Source: Arcobacteraceae bacterium
GTDB lineage: Bacteria; Campylobacterota; Campylobacteria; Campylobacterales; Arcobacteraceae
Direction of reading: 5' to 3'
Assembly: GCA_048268245.1 (NCBI GenBank)
Contig: JBLWVX010000001.1
Coordinates: forward strand, 96,001 to 160,000
Length of the DNA stretch: 64,000 bases
Positions within the stretch are counted from its first letter, which is position 1; each line of letters starts with the position of its first letter. Both the position numbers and the translations under genes were made by a program. This document shows, in pieces, positions 48,880 through 57,506 of this stretch. A model generated the notes under the pieces. It searched no databases, had not been told where the DNA came from, and saw only the letters and a list, made by a program, of their open reading frames with translations.

Positions 48880-50624
48880 TTTTGAACCTTTTGTAAATGT
48901 GTCATTTGAGCATCTTTTATTTTTTTATGAACATTTTTTGTAGGTTTAATATGAGTGTCTCTACCATAAATATAACTTTGTTCATCAACTATTACTTTAT
49001 ATGCTTTATTTAATTTTAGAGCTCTTTGTTTACTTGGTATTATAAGATGAGTGATATCTTCTTTTAATTTTTCTATTTCATTCTTTTTTAATTTCCAATT
49101 TTGTTTTAAAACAAGTTCAGGATTTTCTAGTTTAGATATCAAATCTCTTTCAATATTTTCACTATCTTTTTCCCACTCTTTTACAAAAAACTTATTTATT
49201 ACTTCTTCATTGGATCTAAACTCATCTCCTGAACTATTTAACCTTAAATATCTAACATATTCAGTTTGTCCATCATCTAAAACTCTATCTTTTACACCTT
49301 TTAAATTTTTTTGACTCCAATGATACCAACCATATGACATATCTACTCCTTCAAACTTCCTTTGAAATACAAAAGTAGAATCAGCAGTTGCTCCTATATT
49401 ACTATGACACCCCATACAAAAAAGTGTCTCCTCATATGTTTGAGGTCTTAACTCACCTTTTTTATCTTCAATAAACCCTTGATATAACCAACCTCTTTTA
49501 TTACTTAATCCAGTTTCCATATTTCCTAAATATACATCAACTCTTTCTGGGAAATCATGTTTTTCTTTTATTTCTGCATAACCTAGATTTAAAAGTTGAG
49601 TATAGTTATTCCAGTGATGTTTCTTTGCATATCTAAACTCTTTTATTCTTGATGCCATTTGTACTTCATTATTTTTAATATCTAAATATCTTACAGTATG
49701 AGCAAACTCAGTACCAATAGGATATAAACCAGGTGCAATATTTTGCTTTCCATCTTCTAAAAGCTTTTTTGCTTCTCCTACATAAGACATAGAAAAATCT
49801 TTTAACTTTCTTGTTTTCAAATCATATTTAGGTGTCATCCAGTTAAAAACAACTGTTGTTGCTAAATCTAATTTATTATTTTGGTTTAAATCAACTCCAT
49901 ATTTTCTTTCATCTACTTCTTTAATCAAAATATCTTTTTGTTTTATTAAAGATTCAATTACAGCTAAATTTATAGAATATAACTCTTTATCAAATACGCC
50001 TTTTTCATTTAAATAAAAACTCTTAGAAAGTCTAATCAACACATCATCAAAACTTCCATTTGTAGGCCAAAAAGTTCCTAAAAAAGGATAGTATGCAAAA
50101 GCCCTCCAGCCTGTATATTCACCTTTTTTATCTATATCAAAGCCATCTTTATCAAAAGAAAAAGCTACATCTGGTATGTAACCATCCCATTTACCATTGT
50201 TATTAAAATCCCAAGATTTTGAAATATTTTCAAGTTTATCTTTTAAAATTACTTTTCCAAATTCATTTTTATAATTGTCCTTTTTTACATAAGCTAATAT
50301 TTCTTCATCAGAAATATTTTTTATTTCATTAGTTCTATCTTTAAAAAGATTAGTCCATGGGTTTTTAAAAGCAGAAGATGGAAAATCATATGCTTCTTGT
50401 AAATCTGCATCTTCTAAAGTAAAATTAGGTTCTTTATTTTTTGTATGACAGCTAAAACAGGGATTATGTAAAATATTTTCATTCAAAGCATTTACTGTTT
50501 TTGTATAACATTGACTTGAAATATATGCTGTTTTATTATATAAACTTTTACTTTTTAAATCTTGTGCAAAACTATAATTTGCAAATAAAAATAGAGTTGT
50601 AAAAAGTATATTTTTCTTATTCAT
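48876..50624 (-). CDS. exported uncharacterised protein with two CXXCH motifs (putative diheme c-type cytochrome)
   Basis: Signal peptide SFA|Q; CFSCH (50459-50445) and CMGCH (49418-49404); Dx[DN]xNG-like loops. Confidence 0.75.
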   Translation of the reverse strand: MNKKNILFTTLFLFANYSFAQDLKSKSLYNKTAYISSQCYTKTVNALNENILHNPCFSCHTKNKEPNFTLEDADLQEAYDFPSSAFKNPWTNLFKDRTNEIKNISDEEILAYVKKDNYKNEFGKVILKDKLENISKSWDFNNNGKWDGYIPDVAFSFDKDGFDIDKKGEYTGWRAFAYYPFLGTFWPTNGSFDDVLIRLSKSFYLNEKGVFDKELYSINLAVIESLIKQKDILIKEVDERKYGVDLNQNNKLDLATTVVFNWMTPKYDLKTRKLKDFSMSYVGEAKKLLEDGKQNIAPGLYPIGTEFAHTVRYLDIKNNEVQMASRIKEFRYAKKHHWNNYTQLLNLGYAEIKEKHDFPERVDVYLGNMETGLSNKRGWLYQGFIEDKKGELRPQTYEETLFCMGCHSNIGATADSTFVFQRKFEGVDMSYGWYHWSQKNLKGVKDRVLDDGQTEYVRYLRLNSSGDEFRSNEEVINKFFVKEWEKDSENIERDLISKLENPELVLKQNWKLKKNEIEKLKEDITHLIIPSKQRALKLNKAYKVIVDEQSYIYGRDTHIKPTKNVHKKIKDAQMTHLQKVQK

Positions 50625-50650
50625 TATTTGTCCTCATCTAAAATTTTGTG

Positions 50651-50683
50651 ATTATAAAGAGATAAAATTACAATTTAGTAACA
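50651..50683 (-). promoter_or_regulatory. Pho-box-like tandem repeat plus -10 box for the two-CXXCH operon
   Basis: Minus strand TGTTAC-TAAA-TTGTAAT-N10-TATAAT. Confidence 0.75.
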
Positions 50684-50713
50684 ATTTTATTTATGGTCAC
50701 TAAAAAAGGTTAC

Positions 50714-50746
50714 TGTTACCTTTTTGTAATCAAAGAAAACTACAAT
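50714..50746 (+). promoter_or_regulatory. Pho-box-like tandem repeat plus -10 box for the olsF-like gene
   Basis: Plus strand TGTTAC-CTTT-TTGTAAT-N10-TACAAT, then AAGGAG RBS. Confidence 0.75.
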
Positions 50747-50763
50747 TACATCAAGGAGAATAT

Positions 50764-52476
50764 ATGATTGATGTACAAAAAGAAATAGAAAAAAAGTTTC
50801 CAAATATAAATAAAAAACAGAACTTTTTGAAAAAGTCTTTATTTAAAATAGCTAGAAAGATAGTACATGAAGACTCTATAAACCAATTTTTATCACAAAA
50901 TTCCCACTTAAAAGGTTTTGAGTTTGTAGATGCTGTTTTAGACTATTTTGACTTTGACTATACTGTTTCAAGTAATGACTTGCAAAATATTCCTAGTTCA
51001 GGAAAAGTTGTGATTATTGCGAACCATCCTTTAGGTGGCTTAGATGCTTTATGTTTACTTAGATTAATCTCACAAGTAAGAAAAGATGTAAAAATTGTAG
51101 CAAATGATTTTCTAGTTGGATTTGAAGCTTTAAACTCACTTTTGATTCCAATAGATAACTATAAAATTAGACAATCAAAAAAAGATATTAAAAATATCTA
51201 TGAAGCACTAAACAATGAGGAAGCAATTATTATCTTCCCAGCAGGTGAAGTAAGCCGAGCTACTTCAAAAGGAATAAAAGATCCCGTTTGGAATAAAGGT
51301 TTTTTAAACTTTGCACAAAATACAGGAGCTTCTATACTTCCTATATATTTAGATGCAAAGAATTCTAAGACTTTTTATACAGTATCTGTTTTAAATAAAA
51401 CCTTTTCAACATTACTTTTATCAAATGAAATGTTTAAAAAGAAATCAAAAAGAATTAATATTAAAATTGGAGAGATTATTCCAAATGAGAATATCTTACC
51501 AAAAGGTATAAATAAAAAGTTTTTAGTAAACATTTATAGAAAACATTTATATGCATTAAAAAAAGGAAAAAAATCTTTTTTTCAAACACAATCAGCAATT
51601 GCCCATCCACAAAGAAGAGCAGATATATTATCAGAGCTTAAAAATTCACAATTAATTGGTGAAACAAAAGATGGTAAAGAAATATATCTTTATGATTATA
51701 CAGAAGACTCTGTAGTACTAAAAGAACTTGGAAGATTAAGAGAAATATCTTTTAGAAAAGTTGGTGAGGGTATCAATAAAAAAAGAGATACAGACAAGTT
51801 TGACATATATTATCAACACATTATTTTATGGGATAAAAATGATTTAGAAATAGTTGGCTCTTATAGAATTGGCAATTCTGATTTTATCTATAAAAATATT
51901 GGAGTTAAAGGTTTTTATTCAAACAAACTATTTGATTTTAATGAAGATATGACTCCTTATTTAAAAAATTCACTTGAACTCGGAAGAAGTTTTGTTCAGC
52001 CTAAATATTGGGGGACAAGAGCTTTAGATTACCTATGGTATGGAATTGGAGCTTATCTTAAGAAAAACCCACATATAAAATATATGTTTGGACCTGTATC
52101 AATGAGTGCATCTTTTCCAAAAGCTGCAAAAGATATGATGGTTTATTACTATTCCCATTACTTTAAAACAAAAGCCAATTTAGTAACTGCTAAAACTCCG
52201 TACCAATATGCAAATAGTATAAATGAAGTAAAAGAAATTTTTAACCTAGAAGATAAAAAAGCAGATTTCAAATTTTTAAAATCAACACTTTCAAATATGA
52301 ACTGTGCTGTACCAACACTTTATAAACAGTATTCAGATATTACAGAAGAGGGTGGTGTTAAATTTTGTGATTTCAATATTGACCCTGAGTTTGCAGATTG
52401 TGTAGATGGATTTATCTTAGTTGAAGTTGACAAGATAAAAGAAAGCGCTAGAAAAAGATATATAGATAAGGATTAG
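50764..52476 (+). CDS. olsF: bifunctional acyltransferase (PlsC-like + GNAT), OlsF-like ornithine lipid synthase
   Basis: N-terminal NHPLGGLD (HX4D) and FPAGEVS; C-terminal ELGRLREISFR, VGSYR, LELGRSFV, LDYLWYGIG, PTLYKQY, FNIDPEF. Confidence 0.75.
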   Translation: MIDVQKEIEKKFPNINKKQNFLKKSLFKIARKIVHEDSINQFLSQNSHLKGFEFVDAVLDYFDFDYTVSSNDLQNIPSSGKVVIIANHPLGGLDALCLLRLISQVRKDVKIVANDFLVGFEALNSLLIPIDNYKIRQSKKDIKNIYEALNNEEAIIIFPAGEVSRATSKGIKDPVWNKGFLNFAQNTGASILPIYLDAKNSKTFYTVSVLNKTFSTLLLSNEMFKKKSKRINIKIGEIIPNENILPKGINKKFLVNIYRKHLYALKKGKKSFFQTQSAIAHPQRRADILSELKNSQLIGETKDGKEIYLYDYTEDSVVLKELGRLREISFRKVGEGINKKRDTDKFDIYYQHIILWDKNDLEIVGSYRIGNSDFIYKNIGVKGFYSNKLFDFNEDMTPYLKNSLELGRSFVQPKYWGTRALDYLWYGIGAYLKKNPHIKYMFGPVSMSASFPKAAKDMMVYYYSHYFKTKANLVTAKTPYQYANSINEVKEIFNLEDKKADFKFLKSTLSNMNCAVPTLYKQYSDITEEGGVKFCDFNIDPEFADCVDGFILVEVDKIKESARKRYIDKD

Positions 52477-52490
52477 TCCTTATCTATATA
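52459..52490. terminator. bidirectional terminator between convergent genes
   Basis: TATATAGATAAGGA-ttag-TCCTTATCTATATA, 14-bp perfect inverted repeat. Confidence 0.75.
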
Positions 52491-52493
52491 AAA

Positions 52494-54110
52494 TTAATCC
52501 AATCTACAATACATAACTTCATCAACAACTGATTTAGCTATTTGATCAGTTTCTACAATAATATGCTCTAAGTGTAAACCTTCAAGTAGTTTTTTATCTT
52601 GTTCACTTGTAACAGTTATAATAGTTTTCGCATTATGAGTTAACTCATCTACAGCATGACATATAAGCTGCAAGGCTTCTGGGTTATTAACAGCAACAAT
52701 AACAGCTGAAGCTTTTTTAATATTTACAGAGTTTAAGATGTGTCTATGAGCAGCATTTCCAAATACAATTGGCTCACCTCTTTGCTCACCTAACTGATAA
52801 AACTTCATATTATGCTCAATTACAACATAATCTTGTCCTAACATTTTTAATTCTTTTACAATTGATTGTCCAAATCTTCCATATCCAAGAACTACAACGT
52901 GATTTTTCTTATCTTCATCTACATGGTGAGTAGAGTTAATCATCATAACATCATCAGGTACAAGTTTAGCTGCAGCTCTTGATAAATTCTTTAGAATAAT
53001 TGGTGTTAAAACCATAGATATTACAATAGTAACAATTAACACTTGAGAATATGTAGGATCTATTAAATCTTTACTTCTTGCAAGTTCTAAGATTGCAAGT
53101 GAAAACTCACCAATTTGAATTAAAGATAATGCTGTTTTAAATGCAACTCTTTTATTATCTTCAAACTTTACAATTGTATAAATAATTGCATACTTTACTC
53201 CCATTAAAAGAGGAAGTAAAAGAAGAATTATCCAAATATACTCAGCAATAACTGTAAAGTTAATTTGCATACCAACTGTAATAAAGAATACACCTAATAA
53301 AATATTTCTAAATGGTATTAAATCAGCTTCAACTTGATGTTTAAATTTTGTCTCACTAATCATCATACCTGCAACAAATGCCCCAAGAGAATATGTAAAC
53401 CCAAAATAGTGAGCCATATAAGATGAACCAATTGCAAGTAAAAGTACTGAACCTACAAAAAGTTCATCAGTTTTAGTTTTAGAAACAATTGTTAAGAATG
53501 GTTCAAGTAAATACTTTCCTGAAACATAAAGTAATGTTAATAAAATAAACGCAGCAACTAATGTCTCAAATATCATATAACCTACACTTTTATCATCTCC
53601 CATAGTAAAGAAAGAAATCATTAAAAGAATAGGAATTACAGCGATATCTTGCATAATTAAAATACCTAAAACTCTTCTACCATGAGGTCTATTTATTTCT
53701 TTTGTTTCATTAAAAGTTTTAAGTACAATGGCTGTTGAGGACAAGGCAAGTGCAGCACCTATAATAACAGATGTTTCAGTTGGAAGTCCAATTGCAAAAT
53801 AACATACTAAAAATACAAAGGTAGCAGTAACTAAAATTTGTAAACTACCTGTTACAAATACTTCCCTTTTCATCTTTTTTAGATGCTCTATGGAAAACTC
53901 TAATCCAATAGTAAACATTAAAAAAACAACACCAAATTCAGCTATTTCTTTTAATGTATAGTTATTTACAGCATCATGTAATTCAAAAGCATATGCTATA
54001 ATTGTTCCTGTAAAAATATACCCAATAATAGTAGGTAAGTGAAACTTTTTTAGGATTAAATTTACAATTAATGCAATTGCAATTGTTGAGACAATAATCC
54101 CTAACATCAA
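52494..54110 (-). CDS. Kef-type cation:proton antiporter with TrkA-N domain
   Basis: AEFGVVFLMFTIGLEFS, LSSTAIV, QDIA, GEFS, LGYGRFG. Confidence 0.92.
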   Translation of the reverse strand: MMLGIIVSTIAIALIVNLILKKFHLPTIIGYIFTGTIIAYAFELHDAVNNYTLKEIAEFGVVFLMFTIGLEFSIEHLKKMKREVFVTGSLQILVTATFVFLVCYFAIGLPTETSVIIGAALALSSTAIVLKTFNETKEINRPHGRRVLGILIMQDIAVIPILLMISFFTMGDDKSVGYMIFETLVAAFILLTLLYVSGKYLLEPFLTIVSKTKTDELFVGSVLLLAIGSSYMAHYFGFTYSLGAFVAGMMISETKFKHQVEADLIPFRNILLGVFFITVGMQINFTVIAEYIWIILLLLPLLMGVKYAIIYTIVKFEDNKRVAFKTALSLIQIGEFSLAILELARSKDLIDPTYSQVLIVTIVISMVLTPIILKNLSRAAAKLVPDDVMMINSTHHVDEDKKNHVVVLGYGRFGQSIVKELKMLGQDYVVIEHNMKFYQLGEQRGEPIVFGNAAHRHILNSVNIKKASAVIVAVNNPEALQLICHAVDELTHNAKTIITVTSEQDKKLLEGLHLEHIIVETDQIAKSVVDEVMYCRLD

Positions 54111-54119
54111 TATTCTCCT

Positions 54120-56234
54120 TTATTTATAGTGCATCTGCTTATAGCCTTCAAGCCTTTTTTTGTAAGCAGAGTTTAGCATGGGGTTTTTTGAATCTAAAAA
54201 ATCAATAGCTAAACACTCTTGATTTCCTCGACCAATTCTTCCTAAATATTGGACAAGTCTACCATAATATGAAATTGGTGTAGCAAACATTATCGTATTT
54301 AGGTGAGGAAAATCTATTCCCTCTCCAAAATAAGAAGTTGTTGCTAAAATTAAAGATGATTCTCTAACCTTATTCATATTTTCAACTTGCTCTTTTTTAT
54401 TCATACTTCCATGAATACTCACATACTCTATTTTTTCTTCAAATAAAAGATTTTCCAAAATATTTATATGCTCAATTCTATCTGTTAGAATTAAAATCTT
54501 TCTAGATATATTATCTTTTATTTGCTGAATTATTAAGTTATTTCTAGCTTCATCAATACAAAGTTCATTAATTATAGTTGCATAATTATCAGCTTCACTT
54601 GTAAATTCAGTTCTTATTATCTTTAGCTTATTAGTATGAGTTCTTTTCTTTTTATACTCATATGCAACTTCACCTAATTGTTGAAATAAAATAGGTTGTA
54701 ATCCATCTTTTCTATTTGGAGTTGCACTTAAACCTAGAATATATTTTCCCTTGAAATTTTTAATAATTTGCTCAAAAGTAACTGCTGGAATATGATGGCA
54801 TTCATCAACTATCACAAAAGAGTATTTGTTGATAATCTCAGGAGCATTTTTTAAACTTTGCATTGTTGCAATATCAATTATTCCATTTAATTTATTTTTT
54901 CCTTTACCTAAGTAACCTACATCTTTTTTATTGTAATCAAAGTAATCAACAAATCTTTCAATCCACTGGTTTAAAAGCATATTTTTATTTACAACTATCA
55001 TTGTACTAACAGCTCTTTGTTCAAACATCTTAGCACCAATCAATGTTTTCCCAAAACCAGGAGGAGCTACACAAATAGAAAAATCTGTTTTTAAAATCTG
55101 TTTTATTGCTTCATCTTGTTCAGGTCTTAAAGTAAATTTCACTTTTTTTGTATGTATTTGCTCAAAGTGTCTTTTATCATCAATGGTAAACTTAACACCA
55201 TTTTCATTAAAAAAATCACATACTTTTGTTTTAAGCCCTCTTGGAAGCATAAGATGATTCTCATCTTCTTCAAAACCTTGAATAACCCTTGGAGTATTAT
55301 ATAAGGGCTTTCTAAGACTTAATAAGACTTTGATTTGAGGGTTCTCAAAAGAAGCAAAGGATTTAAGCTTATTTATTAATGACTTTGATAAATTTGCAGT
55401 TGGAATATAAATAAAATCAAATAAAACCATCTCTATCATATCAAGTGGAAAATCAATATTTCCAAAATCTTTTTCATCATTTGCAGAACTGCTTACTTGA
55501 GAAAACTTATAAATAGTCTCTTTATTTATTTTTGAGACATTATTTAAAACCATCCATTGGTCTTCATAAATCTTATTTGTATTAGTATCAATAAAAACAG
55601 TTTTATTCTTTTTTCTATAATTTAAATGTAGTGGTAACTCTATACTATTTCCAAGACTAGCTTTTGTAGCAAACTCTTTATTTGGATAAAGTTTTGCAGA
55701 AATATTTGCTTTTTTCATTACAAACTTACCAAAATTGTGTACTATTTTAGAACTAACTGGCTCCTCAAAAAAAATCCATGCAATTAAACTATTATAAGAG
55801 TTCAACTCATAATATGCTCTAATATTTAAAGAGTTTAAAGCAATTTGCAATTTAAATTTATCTTCATCAAGTATTTCAAAAGCTATAAATTTTGAATTAT
55901 TATTTGAGTCAATACAATAAGTTGCTAAGTGAACTAAACCTCTTAAATGTGACTCTATGTCATGATTTGTAATAGGAAGGAAATCTTCCCCTTTGAAAGT
56001 TTGAGTTACAGGATAAAAGCCTTGTTTATTTCCATCTTTACTAATCCATTTTTTTGCATAAATATCACTTCTTGCAAGAAATAGAGATTTAAAAATCTCT
56101 ATCTTTTCATCTTTTGTAAAGTTTTTCTTTAACTTAGCTTCTTCTTGTATTTGAAACTCTAAGGCTTTAATCTCCTCTTCTATTTGTTTCTTTTGAGAAT
56201 AAAGTGCTTCTAGTTTTATCTTAAGATTTTTCAT
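54120..56234 (-). CDS. SF2 (ResIII-type) DEAD/DEAH helicase with N-terminal degenerate primase-like domain
   Basis: LRPEQ, APPGFGKT, DECHH, LSATP, QYLGRIGR. The N-terminus resembles a TOTE-type AEP domain. Start set at ATG 56234. Confidence 0.82.
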   Translation of the reverse strand: MKNLKIKLEALYSQKKQIEEEIKALEFQIQEEAKLKKNFTKDEKIEIFKSLFLARSDIYAKKWISKDGNKQGFYPVTQTFKGEDFLPITNHDIESHLRGLVHLATYCIDSNNNSKFIAFEILDEDKFKLQIALNSLNIRAYYELNSYNSLIAWIFFEEPVSSKIVHNFGKFVMKKANISAKLYPNKEFATKASLGNSIELPLHLNYRKKNKTVFIDTNTNKIYEDQWMVLNNVSKINKETIYKFSQVSSSANDEKDFGNIDFPLDMIEMVLFDFIYIPTANLSKSLINKLKSFASFENPQIKVLLSLRKPLYNTPRVIQGFEEDENHLMLPRGLKTKVCDFFNENGVKFTIDDKRHFEQIHTKKVKFTLRPEQDEAIKQILKTDFSICVAPPGFGKTLIGAKMFEQRAVSTMIVVNKNMLLNQWIERFVDYFDYNKKDVGYLGKGKNKLNGIIDIATMQSLKNAPEIINKYSFVIVDECHHIPAVTFEQIIKNFKGKYILGLSATPNRKDGLQPILFQQLGEVAYEYKKKRTHTNKLKIIRTEFTSEADNYATIINELCIDEARNNLIIQQIKDNISRKILILTDRIEHINILENLLFEEKIEYVSIHGSMNKKEQVENMNKVRESSLILATTSYFGEGIDFPHLNTIMFATPISYYGRLVQYLGRIGRGNQECLAIDFLDSKNPMLNSAYKKRLEGYKQMHYK

Positions 56235-56658
56235 GAGCAATTGCGGATGGACCAACTACAATATTATTGATTTTTTGTTCAATCTCATTATATCTACTTT
56301 TTAGCTCAGAATTTTTTCGAATTCCTCTTCCTTCAAATTTTCCCTTAGGGTCAATTATAAGTTCGTTATATCGCATTTCACCTATAACTCTACCCTCTTC
56401 TAAAATCTGAACTTCATTACAATCAATTTTACCATCAAAAAGGCCATTTACTACTAGATTATTAGCTTTTATATCGCCAATAACCTCACCTTCTGTTCCA
56501 ATTGATATAACATCAGCTTCTAAAATAACACCTTCAAACTTTCCATCAATATGTACAGTACCTTTTGTACTAATACCACCTATTATACAAGTGCCTGCAG
56601 CAACTACTGTTGCTCCATTTGATGTTGATCTCTTATTAGACTTATTAAAGACTCCCAT
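56221..56658 (-). CDS. bactofilin (polymer-forming cytoskeletal protein, CcmA-like)
   Basis: VHIDGKFEG, VIGDIKANNLVVNG beta-helix repeats; downstream of an M23 peptidase. Confidence 0.92.
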   Translation of the reverse strand: MGVFNKSNKRSTSNGATVVAAGTCIIGGISTKGTVHIDGKFEGVILEADVISIGTEGEVIGDIKANNLVVNGLFDGKIDCNEVQILEEGRVIGEMRYNELIIDPKGKFEGRGIRKNSELKSRYNEIEQKINNIVVGPSAIAHEKS

Positions 56659-57506
56659 TGCACTCTCCTCTCATTTTTAAAGATGTAATCATAATTGTTT
56701 AAGTTCCATTTGATAAACTTTTTCGGATTTAAAACTTTGTTCGCATATCTTACTTCATAGTGTAAGTGAGGTCCCGAACTTCGACCTGAGTTTCCACTAA
56801 GACCAACAATTTCACCTTTTTTTACAACTTGACCTACTTTAACCATAGTTTTATTTAAATGAGCAAATACCGTTTTAAAGCCAAAGTTATGACTTATTCT
56901 AATAACTCTACCATAAGAGCCTATATTTCTTGATTGTACATATTCTATAACACCATCAGCAGTAGCTCTAACTGGTGTTTTTTTATTTGCTGGTATATCT
57001 AAACCTCTATGAAATTGCCTTTTTTTAGTTATTGGATGAATTCGATAACCAAAACCCGAAGAAGTTGTAATTTTATCTAAAGGTTTTCCATTTGGAATAA
57101 CTCTTAAAGTATATCTTTTTTTATTGATATTCATAGCTTCAAGAGTTTTTTTAGTAATCTCTTCTGTTGTAGCATCTTTATCAACACCAATGATAGTATG
57201 AATTTCATCAAGTTTTGAACTTAACTCATCAATATCTTTTATTTTACTTTTTATTTGCATTGAATAAAATTTATTTTGAGCTACTAGTTTTTCCTCTTTT
57301 TGAATTAAAACTTTTAATTCATTTTCTTTATCTTTTCTAACTTCATCTACTTCATTGCTCAAATAAGATATAAAAGCAAAACTTCCTGCAATTATAACTA
57401 ACACACCTATAATAACAAATAAAAGTATTTTCTTTATAAACTGATGTAAATTATAGGACTTTGTACCTTTTATATCTGAAACAGTAATTATTAATCTATT
57501 TTTCAT
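56604..57506 (-). CDS. M23-family peptidoglycan endopeptidase (Csd1-like)
   Basis: HRGLD, FAHL, SSGPHLHYEV; N-terminal TM and coiled coil. Confidence 0.92.
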   Translation of the reverse strand: MKNRLIITVSDIKGTKSYNLHQFIKKILLFVIIGVLVIIAGSFAFISYLSNEVDEVRKDKENELKVLIQKEEKLVAQNKFYSMQIKSKIKDIDELSSKLDEIHTIIGVDKDATTEEITKKTLEAMNINKKRYTLRVIPNGKPLDKITTSSGFGYRIHPITKKRQFHRGLDIPANKKTPVRATADGVIEYVQSRNIGSYGRVIRISHNFGFKTVFAHLNKTMVKVGQVVKKGEIVGLSGNSGRSSGPHLHYEVRYANKVLNPKKFIKWNLNNYDYIFKNERRVQWESLISLIRDQHQMEQQ

